In this document: positions 48,438 to 56,528 of the stretch, one piece after another
Numbering within the stretch: position 1 is the first letter of the stretch
How the letters are laid out: every line of letters begins with the position of its first letter
Assembly: GCA_039831155.1 (NCBI GenBank)
Contig: JBDONT010000043.1
Coordinates: 240,606-304,605, forward strand
From: Nautiliaceae bacterium
GTDB lineage: Bacteria; Campylobacterota; Campylobacteria; Campylobacterales; Nautiliaceae
Length of the DNA: 64,000 nt
Direction: 5' to 3'
Notes under the pieces: generated by a model
Seen by the model: the letters and a program-made list of their open reading frames with translations, nothing else
Databases searched by the model: none
Told to the model about the DNA's origin: nothing
Program-made: the position numbers and the translations under genes

Positions 48438-49766
48438 TTATTTTCCTACACAAAAACTGCTAAACATCTTATCAAGCATTTCATCATACTCAAAAGGTTT
48501 AGTAATTTCACTAATAGCTTTTATAGCGTCTTGAATATGATAACTAAACAGTTCAAGCTCACCCGTTAATAAAAACTCTTTAGATTCTTTAATAGAATTT
48601 AAAGCCTTTTCAACGGCATAAATCTGACGCGTAGAAATTAAAATATGTTCATCTTCACTCGAATAACTATCCAAAATCTCTTCTAAGGCGTTTATAAGTT
48701 TGGAAATATCTTTTTTTGCAGAAATTTGGACTACCTTAAAACCTTCAAAAATAGATAAATCTATACTTATACCCTTATCAATTTTATTAACAACAACCAA
48801 TATGTCTTTATCACTATTTTTAATAAGGTCTAAAATCTCTTTATCTTCTGTAGTAAATTCATTCGCGTCAAATACGGCTAATACTATATCAGCCTCATTC
48901 ATTGCTTTTTTACTTCTCTCAACACCTATCTTTTCAATCTCATCACTAGCTTCTCTAATTCCTGCAGTGTCTATAATTCTTATTAAGTGTGAGCCTATTT
49001 GAATATCCTCTTCAATAGTGTCTCTTGTAGTACCGGCTATACTGCTTACTATTGCTCTTTGTTTATTAAGGAAAGAGTTTAATATCGAACTTTTCCCGAC
49101 ATTAGGTTTTCCTATTATAGCTATTTTATAGCCGCTAAGCATACCTTCTCTTCTTTTTGAAGCTTCAAGAATCTGTTTTAGAAGAGATTCTATCTTTTTT
49201 AGTCTCTCTTCTATTTCATATCCAAGCGTTTGAGGTAAATCCTCCTCTGCATAATCTATAAAAACTTCAGTATAAGCCATTATTTCAATTAATTTTTCCC
49301 TTACCTCATCTACAAATCTAGCCAAATCCCCGTCTAATTGTCTTGTTAAAAGTTTAGCACCTTCACGCGAACGGGTTTCAATTAATTTAGCTATGGCTTC
49401 GGCTTGAGAAGCGTCTATTTTTCCGTTTAAAAAAGCTCTTTTTGTAAATTCTCCAGGCATTGCAATTCTAGCCCCGTATTTTAAAAGAGTCTCAAGCAAC
49501 ACTTTGCTTACAATAACACCACCGTGACACTGAAACTCTACAATATCCTCACCCGTAAACGAATTAGGAGATTTAAAATAAATAACAAGCCCTATATCTA
49601 TAAGTTCATCATTTTCATCATATAAACGACTTAAGGTAGCAACTCTTGGAGTAAGTTCTTTTTTGATTATCTTTTTTGCAATATCTAAAGCTTTACTACC
49701 TGAAACCCTGACTATAGAAATAGCTCCAACGCCGTTAGGCGTCGCTATCGCTGCTATTGTATCCAT
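48438..49766 (-). CDS. mnmE: tRNA modification GTPase MnmE
   Basis: DTIAAIAT, PGEFTKRAFLNG, GKPNVGKS, GTTRD, DTAG, FCVGK; start at ATG 49766. Confidence 0.97.
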   Translation of the reverse strand: MDTIAAIATPNGVGAISIVRVSGSKALDIAKKIIKKELTPRVATLSRLYDENDELIDIGLVIYFKSPNSFTGEDIVEFQCHGGVIVSKVLLETLLKYGARIAMPGEFTKRAFLNGKIDASQAEAIAKLIETRSREGAKLLTRQLDGDLARFVDEVREKLIEIMAYTEVFIDYAEEDLPQTLGYEIEERLKKIESLLKQILEASKRREGMLSGYKIAIIGKPNVGKSSILNSFLNKQRAIVSSIAGTTRDTIEEDIQIGSHLIRIIDTAGIREASDEIEKIGVERSKKAMNEADIVLAVFDANEFTTEDKEILDLIKNSDKDILVVVNKIDKGISIDLSIFEGFKVVQISAKKDISKLINALEEILDSYSSEDEHILISTRQIYAVEKALNSIKESKEFLLTGELELFSYHIQDAIKAISEITKPFEYDEMLDKMFSSFCVGK

Positions 49767-50385
49767 GTTTTTCACCTACCACTACGAATTTTTCTTTATT
49801 TCTCTCTTTAATAGCGACATATTTATCCGGAAACTCCCCTCTTAAAATCTCAAGAGCGATAAAAGCCAAAATTCCGTCAAAAGGTCTTGTTTTCCCATAA
49901 CCTCTCTCTTTTACTTTTTCAATAAAAGGAGCCAAAAAGTTTCTTAACATCTCTTCTTGGGTTTTTAAAAATTCGGCAATTTCAAGCCTTACTTTATATC
50001 CGTACTTTTGATTAATCCAGTTATAAAGCATAAAGTTTAAAGCATTATATCTATAGCCTTCTTTACCTATAAGAAGAGCAGCATCTTCTCCGTCAATTTT
50101 GATAAAAATAGTATCTTCATTCCATTTTTTAACCTCAAACGTATCGACATTAAAACAAGAAGAAGAGAAAAGCTGTTTTAGACCATCTTTAACTTCATTA
50201 ATTACATCCTCTATATTTTTTTGAATATTTTCATTTACTTCTATTATCGCGTTTTTGGCAAAAAGCCCTAAAAAACCTTTTGAAGGATGTTGAAGAATCT
50301 TTACGTCCAAATCTGTAACAGAACAGTTAAGACGTTTAGCCGCCTCAAAATAAGCTTCATCCAACGTCTTAGCCTCTATTCTCAT
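49735..50385 (-). CDS. jag: Jag/KhpB (EloR) family RNA-binding protein
   Basis: Jag_N PSKGFLGLF; KH LLIGKEG; position between yidC and mnmE. Confidence 0.82.
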   Translation of the reverse strand: MRIEAKTLDEAYFEAAKRLNCSVTDLDVKILQHPSKGFLGLFAKNAIIEVNENIQKNIEDVINEVKDGLKQLFSSSCFNVDTFEVKKWNEDTIFIKIDGEDAALLIGKEGYRYNALNFMLYNWINQKYGYKVRLEIAEFLKTQEEMLRNFLAPFIEKVKERGYGKTRPFDGILAFIALEILRGEFPDKYVAIKERNKEKFVVVGEKHGYNSSDSDA

Positions 50386-51890
50386 TTTTTTGCCTTTTTT
50401 GATTCCATAATTTTATTAATCAGCCATTGTTGAGCTATTGACAATACGTTGTTTGTTGTCCAATAAAGCACAAGACCTGCCGGGAATGTAGCCATCATTA
50501 CCGTAAAGATTAAAGGTAAAAACTTAAATACTTTCTCCTGCATAGGGTCTTGGAAATTTGTAGGAGTTAATTTTTGATGAATATACATCGTAATACCCAT
50601 TAAAATAGGCAATATAAAATAAGGGTCCATACCGCTTAAATCGTGAATCCATAAAAATGAAGCCCCTTTAAGCTCAATAGCATATAAAAGCAATTTATAA
50701 ATACCGTAAAATATAGGTATTTGTAAAAGCAAAGGCAAACATCCTCCAAGTGGGTTTGCTCCGTGTTCTTTATAAAGTTTCATCATATGCATTTGTAATT
50801 TTTGAGGGTCTTTTTTATATCTCTCTTGAATCTCTTTCATTTTCGGAGCAAGTTCTTTTAATTTGTACATACTCACCATTCCCTTATAAGTTAAAGGGAA
50901 AAGAATGATTCTTACCAAAATAACAAGTAAAATAATAGCAACTCCCCAGTTTCCTACCATTTTATAAAACCAGTCAAGCAAGAAAAAGAGGTTTTTAGCA
51001 AAGAATGTTCCAACTCCGTATTGAACCACATCTACCAACTCTTTATTTATAGAAGCCAAAGTATCTACGAATTTAGGTCCTATATAACCCGTAAACTCAC
51101 TGTTGGTTGATTGTTGAATATATACAACCGGATTTTCTTCTTTATCCGGAGTAACTACAACGCTAAAAGGCTTTTTAGAAAATAGAAGTATAGTATAATA
51201 TCTGTCAAATCCTGCTGCAAAAATTGCATTAGGAATTGTTTGTGGTTTTGCGTCCGAATCTTCTATGATAGACAAAGTCCCATCGGATTTTTTTATTACA
51301 ACTCCGTGAATCGTAAGATTATCTATAGAAACATTCGGTCTATATCCGGGTGAAACATAATAAACTGTAGGAGTTGAAAGATTAATTTTTACATCATAAT
51401 GCCCGTCCGGATAAAATGTAATCACTTTAGTTAAAGTAATGTTATTTAGTTTTTGAGTTAAAGTTACGCTGTTTGGTTTTGTAACGTCTATTTTTGTTTT
51501 ATCTGCCACAACCGGTGTTGAGAACGCCAGTTTATTTAGCTTTTCATCCTGGAATCTAACTTCTAAAGGTTTAGGAAGTTTTGGATTTACAAGTTCTAAA
51601 TGTTTCCCGTCTTTATTAAATTTATTCTGTTTTAAAACAAAACTGCTTATTCTTCCTAGTGAATCTATTTTAGCCTCATAATTTTTAGATTCTACCACAC
51701 AAACAGTAGAAGTTTTCATTTGAGATTTATTTGATATTGTCTTTGTATTTTTAGAAGCACTTACAGTTGTTTTATTCTGTTCTACCATTTGAGTTTGAGG
51801 TGCCAATACAAAATAATCATATGCAAAGAAAAACGCAAACGATATAACAGTCGCTATAATAATTCTTCTTAATTGTCCGTTATTGTCCAT
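50382..51890 (-). CDS. yidC: Membrane protein insertase YidC
   Basis: NWGVAII, LYKEHGANPLGGCLP, DPYFILP, GLVLYW. Confidence 0.97.
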   Translation of the reverse strand: MDNNGQLRRIIIATVISFAFFFAYDYFVLAPQTQMVEQNKTTVSASKNTKTISNKSQMKTSTVCVVESKNYEAKIDSLGRISSFVLKQNKFNKDGKHLELVNPKLPKPLEVRFQDEKLNKLAFSTPVVADKTKIDVTKPNSVTLTQKLNNITLTKVITFYPDGHYDVKINLSTPTVYYVSPGYRPNVSIDNLTIHGVVIKKSDGTLSIIEDSDAKPQTIPNAIFAAGFDRYYTILLFSKKPFSVVVTPDKEENPVVYIQQSTNSEFTGYIGPKFVDTLASINKELVDVVQYGVGTFFAKNLFFLLDWFYKMVGNWGVAIILLVILVRIILFPLTYKGMVSMYKLKELAPKMKEIQERYKKDPQKLQMHMMKLYKEHGANPLGGCLPLLLQIPIFYGIYKLLLYAIELKGASFLWIHDLSGMDPYFILPILMGITMYIHQKLTPTNFQDPMQEKVFKFLPLIFTVMMATFPAGLVLYWTTNNVLSIAQQWLINKIMESKKAKK

Positions 51891-52206
51891 TTTCTGCCTT
51901 TATTACTATATATTCTTCTTTTTTGTCAGTTGGTATAAACCAATATTTTATTTTTGCTTTTTTATAAGTATAATGTGTTATTTTATTTTTAACTACCGGA
52001 AAATCTATTCCCCCTCTAAAAAGTTGGTTACAAGACAAGATTCTTTTGGTTGTCTTTAGTATGGCTCTTATTAAACTGTCGTGTTTAAACTCTAAAAGAG
52101 CATACTCCGAACAACTGGGATAATATCTGCAATTATTCCCTAACATCGGACTTATAAAAAGCTGATAAAATCTAATTAATTTTACAAATAAGTTTTTCAA
52201 GTTCAT
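51880..52206 (-). CDS. yidD: Membrane protein insertion efficiency factor
   Basis: YQLFISP, CRYYPSCSEY, RILSCN..F.GG.D; start at ATG 52206. Confidence 0.93.
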   Translation of the reverse strand: MNLKNLFVKLIRFYQLFISPMLGNNCRYYPSCSEYALLEFKHDSLIRAILKTTKRILSCNQLFRGGIDFPVVKNKITHYTYKKAKIKYWFIPTDKKEEYIVIKAENGQ

Positions 52207-52477
52207 TTCGAACTTCTTTAAAATCAATTTCGGAAATATCCTTTTTTACAACTATAGCAAAACTACCTACACTTAAAAGTTCTTTGGCTAAGTGTCTTAC
52301 TCTTCTTTTTATTTTATTTCTTACAACAGCTTTTTTGGAAATTTTTTTAGATACGACAGGTGATATTTTTAGTGATTGGGAAGGAAGATAAAAAATTAAA
52401 AAGTACTTATTACTTACTCTCTTCCCTTTTTTTAATACGTGCTTAATTTCTTTACTGTTAAGGCTTAAACTGCTAAT
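52172..52477 (-). CDS. rnpA: RNase P protein component (101 aa, probable ATT start; not in ORF track)
   Basis: Manual translation contains [17 protein letters not shown] (RNR motif); lies between rpmH and yidD; no ATG/GTG/TTG in frame. Confidence 0.9.
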   Translation of the reverse strand: MSSLSLNSKEIKHVLKKGKRVSNKYFLIFYLPSQSLKISPVVSKKISKKAVVRNKIKRRVRHLAKELLSVGSFAIVVKKDISEIDFKEVRNELEKLICKIN

Positions 52478-52599
52478 CTTTTTCTACCTTTAGCTCTTCT
52501 TCTAGCTAGTACTTTTCTTCCGTTTTTAGTTTTCATTCTAGCTCTAAATCCGTGAGTTCTTTTTCTTCTGATTTTGCTTGGTTGATATGTTCTTTTCAT
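52465..52599 (-). CDS. rpmH: 50S ribosomal protein bL34 (not in ORF track)
   Basis: [52 protein letters not shown]. Confidence 0.98.
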   Translation of the reverse strand: MKRTYQPSKIRRKRTHGFRARMKTKNGRKVLARRRAKGRKRLAV

Positions 52600-52622
52600 C
52601 TATACTCCTTTTTTTGGACGAA

Positions 52623-52631
52623 ATTTTAGCA
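52623..52631 (-). promoter_or_regulatory. Extended -10 promoter of the rpmH operon
   Basis: TGCTAAAAT on the - strand about 25 nt upstream of the rpmH ATG. Confidence 0.55.
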
Positions 52632-52637
52632 CAATTT

Positions 52638-53138
52638 TTAATATAATCCTAATTTTCCGTCTTTTCTTCTATAAATTACTCTTTTTTCACCTTCAGTATC
52701 TCTAAATACCATAAAATAAAGCCCGGATTTTTTAAACTCTTCTACTGCTTCTTCAATACTCAAAGGTTTTTCAACATCAAGAGGCATTTCGATTATTTCA
52801 TCTTCTTGGGTTTCTGTTACCAAATCTATTATTTTATCTTTTTTATGATGGTCAACTTTTTTATCGTGATATCTTCTTAAGAGTTTTTCTAATTTATCTT
52901 TTGCTTTATCAAGTGCCGCATACATATCTTTATCTTTATAATGAACTACAACCGTTCCTTTTTCCGGCACATTCATAATAATTTCTACCGTAAAGAAATC
53001 TCTTTTATCTTTATCTACAGTTACATCTGCGTGTAAAATTCCTAAATTGTATTTTTCTATTTCGTTTACCACTCTTGAAATATGGTCTTTCATCGCTTCT
53101 GTTAATTCTACGTGTCTTCCGACAATTGTAACATTCAT
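52638..53138 (-). CDS. hpf: Ribosome hibernation promoting factor (long HPF/RaiA)
   Basis: GRHVELTEA, DMYAALD...KL...LRRYHDK, C-terminal VIYRRKDGKLGL. Confidence 0.9.
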   Translation of the reverse strand: MNVTIVGRHVELTEAMKDHISRVVNEIEKYNLGILHADVTVDKDKRDFFTVEIIMNVPEKGTVVVHYKDKDMYAALDKAKDKLEKLLRRYHDKKVDHHKKDKIIDLVTETQEDEIIEMPLDVEKPLSIEEAVEEFKKSGLYFMVFRDTEGEKRVIYRRKDGKLGLY

Positions 53139-53181
53139 AGGACTCCTTTTTATTAAAATCGTTTTATTATAACATAAAACT

Positions 53182-53610
53182 TTAAGGATTTTGCAAAGTA
53201 ACTCTTACTTTTCTTATATGAAAGTTTGAATTTTTAGATGTAACAGTTACATAAATCAATACGCTTCCGTTAGTATCTTTAGTGGAAATATGAGAACACT
53301 TACATCCGCTCCATTTAGAAGAAGAACAATCATCAGTGGTAAAATAGTGATAAGTGATATTTACATCAAAAAAATTATCTCCTCCGGTGTAATTAATGGA
53401 ATTTAAACACCCATCGCTAAAATCGTGCCCTTGTAAAGCCAAGATAGCGTATTCGGTAGCACTTCTTAACATTAAATCGGCTCTCGTAGATACGAAACTT
53501 CTACTTGTATTACTTACCGTAGCGGCACTAAATTGCAATATTAAATATCCTATCACGGACATTATTACCATAAAAACAATACTAACAAGTAAACTGAAAG
53601 ATTTTCTCAA
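53182..53610 (-). CDS. PilX/GspK-like minor (pseudo)pilin
   Basis: MRKS|FSLL followed by a hydrophobic helix without Glu5; SATEYAIL; C-terminal Cys. Confidence 0.65.
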   Translation of the reverse strand: MRKSFSLLVSIVFMVIMSVIGYLILQFSAATVSNTSRSFVSTRADLMLRSATEYAILALQGHDFSDGCLNSINYTGGDNFFDVNITYHYFTTDDCSSSKWSGCKCSHISTKDTNGSVLIYVTVTSKNSNFHIRKVRVTLQNP

Positions 53611-54617
53611 AAGACCACCTTTTCTTTACAAATCGTTAAATTATAATCATTAAATTTTACCTTCGGAGAAGAAATGCACATATAAATTCTAAGTATTCCT
53701 CCCTCCTCTTTAAATTTAAATTGAGTTACATGAGAAGCTAATACCGAAACATTACCGTCCATATAATTTTGATGATTCCAAGGAAAATAATTAAATCTTA
53801 ACGTCACATTATAATCATTATATTTTGGAATATAAACCGGTACTACAGCCATAGCCCCTCTTACTAAATAATACCCTTCGTAAACCGTAGAAGAGTTAGA
53901 TTCACTAAAGGCTTTTAAATTGAGTCTGGTATCGTTAATTTCGGTAATTTTAAAAACCCTGGTAATATTTGTATCATAATAGCCATACGAAGTGTTTATA
54001 TCACTAAAATCACCTCTTCCATCACTACCACTAAAAACTAAAGTCGTAATATTTGAATCAAACACATTCACATATCCAGGTAGTCCCCATCTTTGAGAGT
54101 AATTTCCGTCTATATACTGAACAATTGTAAAATTACTATCGGGGGTAGAAATATTATACTCATCTCCTCCAGAAACGTTTGTTTCTTTTAAATCGACAAA
54201 TCCGCTCCATCCCGGTTGTACATAACCTTTCTTATCATCCCACCACATTCCTTTTTTAGAATAAGAAGAAACGTAAAGCCATTCTAAAACGGGATATTTA
54301 TCGCTATTAGCACTAAGCCCTATTCTACTTATAGAAATAAAATTTTTATTTCCGTTGTATAAACAACTATCGGAACTTGCGGAATTGGTATTCGAAGCGT
54401 TACACTCTACGGCTATCACACTATTTTTTATTCTATTTCTTAATTTAGCCGCTAAAATATTTAAAACGTTATCAGTTTCAACAGATAATTTACTCAATTC
54501 TCTTGAAACTATATAATCTTTATATACCCTTTGTAAAATCTCTACCGAAATAACACCCAACATTCCCATAATGATAATAACCACTATTAACTCGAATAAA
54601 GTAAAAGCTTTCTTCAT
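53607..54617 (-). CDS. Prepilin-type N-terminal cleavage/methylation protein (minor pilin/pseudopilin)
   Basis: MKKA|FTLFELIVVI class III signal peptide. Confidence 0.8.
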   Translation of the reverse strand: MKKAFTLFELIVVIIIMGMLGVISVEILQRVYKDYIVSRELSKLSVETDNVLNILAAKLRNRIKNSVIAVECNASNTNSASSDSCLYNGNKNFISISRIGLSANSDKYPVLEWLYVSSYSKKGMWWDDKKGYVQPGWSGFVDLKETNVSGGDEYNISTPDSNFTIVQYIDGNYSQRWGLPGYVNVFDSNITTLVFSGSDGRGDFSDINTSYGYYDTNITRVFKITEINDTRLNLKAFSESNSSTVYEGYYLVRGAMAVVPVYIPKYNDYNVTLRFNYFPWNHQNYMDGNVSVLASHVTQFKFKEEGGILRIYMCISSPKVKFNDYNLTICKEKVVF

Positions 54618-55297
54618 CTTGAAATTTCCTCTAATGATAAAAATTTACTAGCACCTATATTTGAAGTCGGATATCTTAAAGTAACATTCACATCCCCAAC
54701 TTCTGCCCATACGGTAATTAGTTTTATATTGGTTAAAGCGTTTACTTTTGTATAATTTAAATTAAAATCGGTGATGTTATTATCCGAATAAGTAGCGTTA
54801 TCATTGATATAATAAACGTCTACGTGCAGTTTAACGTTATTTCCTGAAATCTCTTCCGTATATCCGTTAAAATCATCAATATCATCATATGTGGAAGTGT
54901 CTCCGCTTATCTCTCCACTATCAAGCCCAATCTTTGAAACTGTATCGTTACATCCGCTTCTGTAGATATTGTTATCGATTTGGGTTTTACCTATCCTGCT
55001 GTAAAGACTTGTATATTTAGAAGAGTAGTTATTGTAAAGTTCATCATCTCCACCGCTTGCGTTTAAATCTTTATAAAAGTTATCTTTAATAGTATTATTT
55101 TCATCAAAATATCTGGAGTTTATTAAAGAAAGCATAGAAAACTCTTGAAAAAACGCTTCTTGAGCCAATGCGACTCTATTAGAAGCCGTCATACTTTGAA
55201 AAATAAAAGGAAAAGAACTCATTACAATTGCTAAAATCACAATTGAAATTAATAATTCGATTAAAGTAAATCCTTTAAATGTTTTTGGACTTTTCAT
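54614..55297 (-). CDS. Prepilin-type N-terminal cleavage/methylation protein (minor pilin/pseudopilin)
   Basis: FKG|FTLIELLISI class III signal peptide; DDIDDF motif. Confidence 0.82.
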   Translation of the reverse strand: MKSPKTFKGFTLIELLISIVILAIVMSSFPFIFQSMTASNRVALAQEAFFQEFSMLSLINSRYFDENNTIKDNFYKDLNASGGDDELYNNYSSKYTSLYSRIGKTQIDNNIYRSGCNDTVSKIGLDSGEISGDTSTYDDIDDFNGYTEEISGNNVKLHVDVYYINDNATYSDNNITDFNLNYTKVNALTNIKLITVWAEVGDVNVTLRYPTSNIGASKFLSLEEISR

Positions 55298-56015
55298 AAG
55301 TTTTTTTTACCGCCTTAATAATTTCTCCCCTCACCCCTTCTTCTTCTAAAGTATAAATCCCTTCTGCTGTCGTACCTTTAGGTGACATAACCGCGTCTTT
55401 AATTTTACTAAAATTTTCATCAATTGCAGCAAAACTTTCAAATAAACCTTTAGCAAGTTCTATAGATTTTTCTCTTTTTAGCCCTATATACACCCCTCCG
55501 TCGCTAAAAGCCTCGGCAATAAGAGCCAAAAAAGCCGGCCCACTTCCTATAATAGCCGTTGCCATATCTATTTCATCATCATTTTGCATTACGACAACTC
55601 TTCCTATTTTAGAAAATATCTCTTTAGCTACCTTTAAAGCCCTTTCATCTCCGGTAATAGCAGTTGTAGAAGCTTTATATTTAGCAGCGACATTCGGCAT
55701 AGCACGCACATAAGAAGAAGCTTTGATATATTTTTGAAGTTCCACCAAAGATTTACCGGCTAAAATAGAAATTAAAATATCGGCTTTTCCTTCTATTCTC
55801 ATAGAAACTTCCTGCAAAGCGTAAGGTTTTATAGTAAGTAAAACGGTTTTATTTGAAATATCAAACCCGTCAAGCATAAAATATTCACACTCAAATTCTT
55901 TTGCAAACTCTTTTAATTTTTCTTCGTTTCTACCAACCACGGCAAACTTTTCATACTCTTTTAACCCGGCGGCAATAGCTTTAGCCATTTCCCCATATCC
56001 TATTATATAAATCAT
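55275..56015 (-). CDS. proC: Pyrroline-5-carboxylate reductase
   Basis: IGYGEMA, RAMPN, GSGPAF, VMSPKGTTAEG. Confidence 0.95.
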   Translation of the reverse strand: MIYIIGYGEMAKAIAAGLKEYEKFAVVGRNEEKLKEFAKEFECEYFMLDGFDISNKTVLLTIKPYALQEVSMRIEGKADILISILAGKSLVELQKYIKASSYVRAMPNVAAKYKASTTAITGDERALKVAKEIFSKIGRVVVMQNDDEIDMATAIIGSGPAFLALIAEAFSDGGVYIGLKREKSIELAKGLFESFAAIDENFSKIKDAVMSPKGTTAEGIYTLEEEGVRGEIIKAVKKTYEKSKNI

Positions 56016-56395
56016 TGCTTACTCTTTACAAAGTTTTTTAAAGGTTCGGTTAGCCCGTAATTGCTTTTATCCAAAATAACCTGCCCCATTAGTTTTTCAT
56101 CAACATTAAACATCAAAGGTGCGGCAAAATTTACGGTAGATTCTATAAAAGGCTCTTTTACTATCATTATATTAAGTACAAGAAAATTAGTATCATCTTT
56201 TATTTTCAACGCTTTTTGTTCTTCTTTTGTAATTTCAAAACCGTAATCATTTCTTATTAAAAACGGATTTATAAGAGTAAAACAGACATCTTTTTCTTCA
56301 TTTTTTAACTGATAAAAATTATCGTCAATAGAAACTAATTCATACTCTTTTACATCCTCAAACCCCAGTATAGGCAAAACAACCTTAAATTTCAT
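56012..56395 (-). CDS. fliW: Flagellar assembly factor FliW
   Basis: PILGFE, FTLINPF, STVNFAAP, GQVIL. Confidence 0.92.
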   Translation of the reverse strand: MKFKVVLPILGFEDVKEYELVSIDDNFYQLKNEEKDVCFTLINPFLIRNDYGFEITKEEQKALKIKDDTNFLVLNIMIVKEPFIESTVNFAAPLMFNVDEKLMGQVILDKSNYGLTEPLKNFVKSKQ

Positions 56396-56528
56396 ACTTT
56401 TCCTTTGAGCTATTTACTTCGCTAATTATAACACATTTTTTAATAAAAATAAGAAAAGTCCCTTGCTGCAAGCTTTATAAGTTTAATTTATTGTATAATT
56501 GCACTAAAAACTAAAAAAGGATTTTTTA

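Noticed and set aside
56396-56528. T-box leader upstream of valS
   Set aside because: Too short, no T-box consensus; contains only divergent promoter-like motifs
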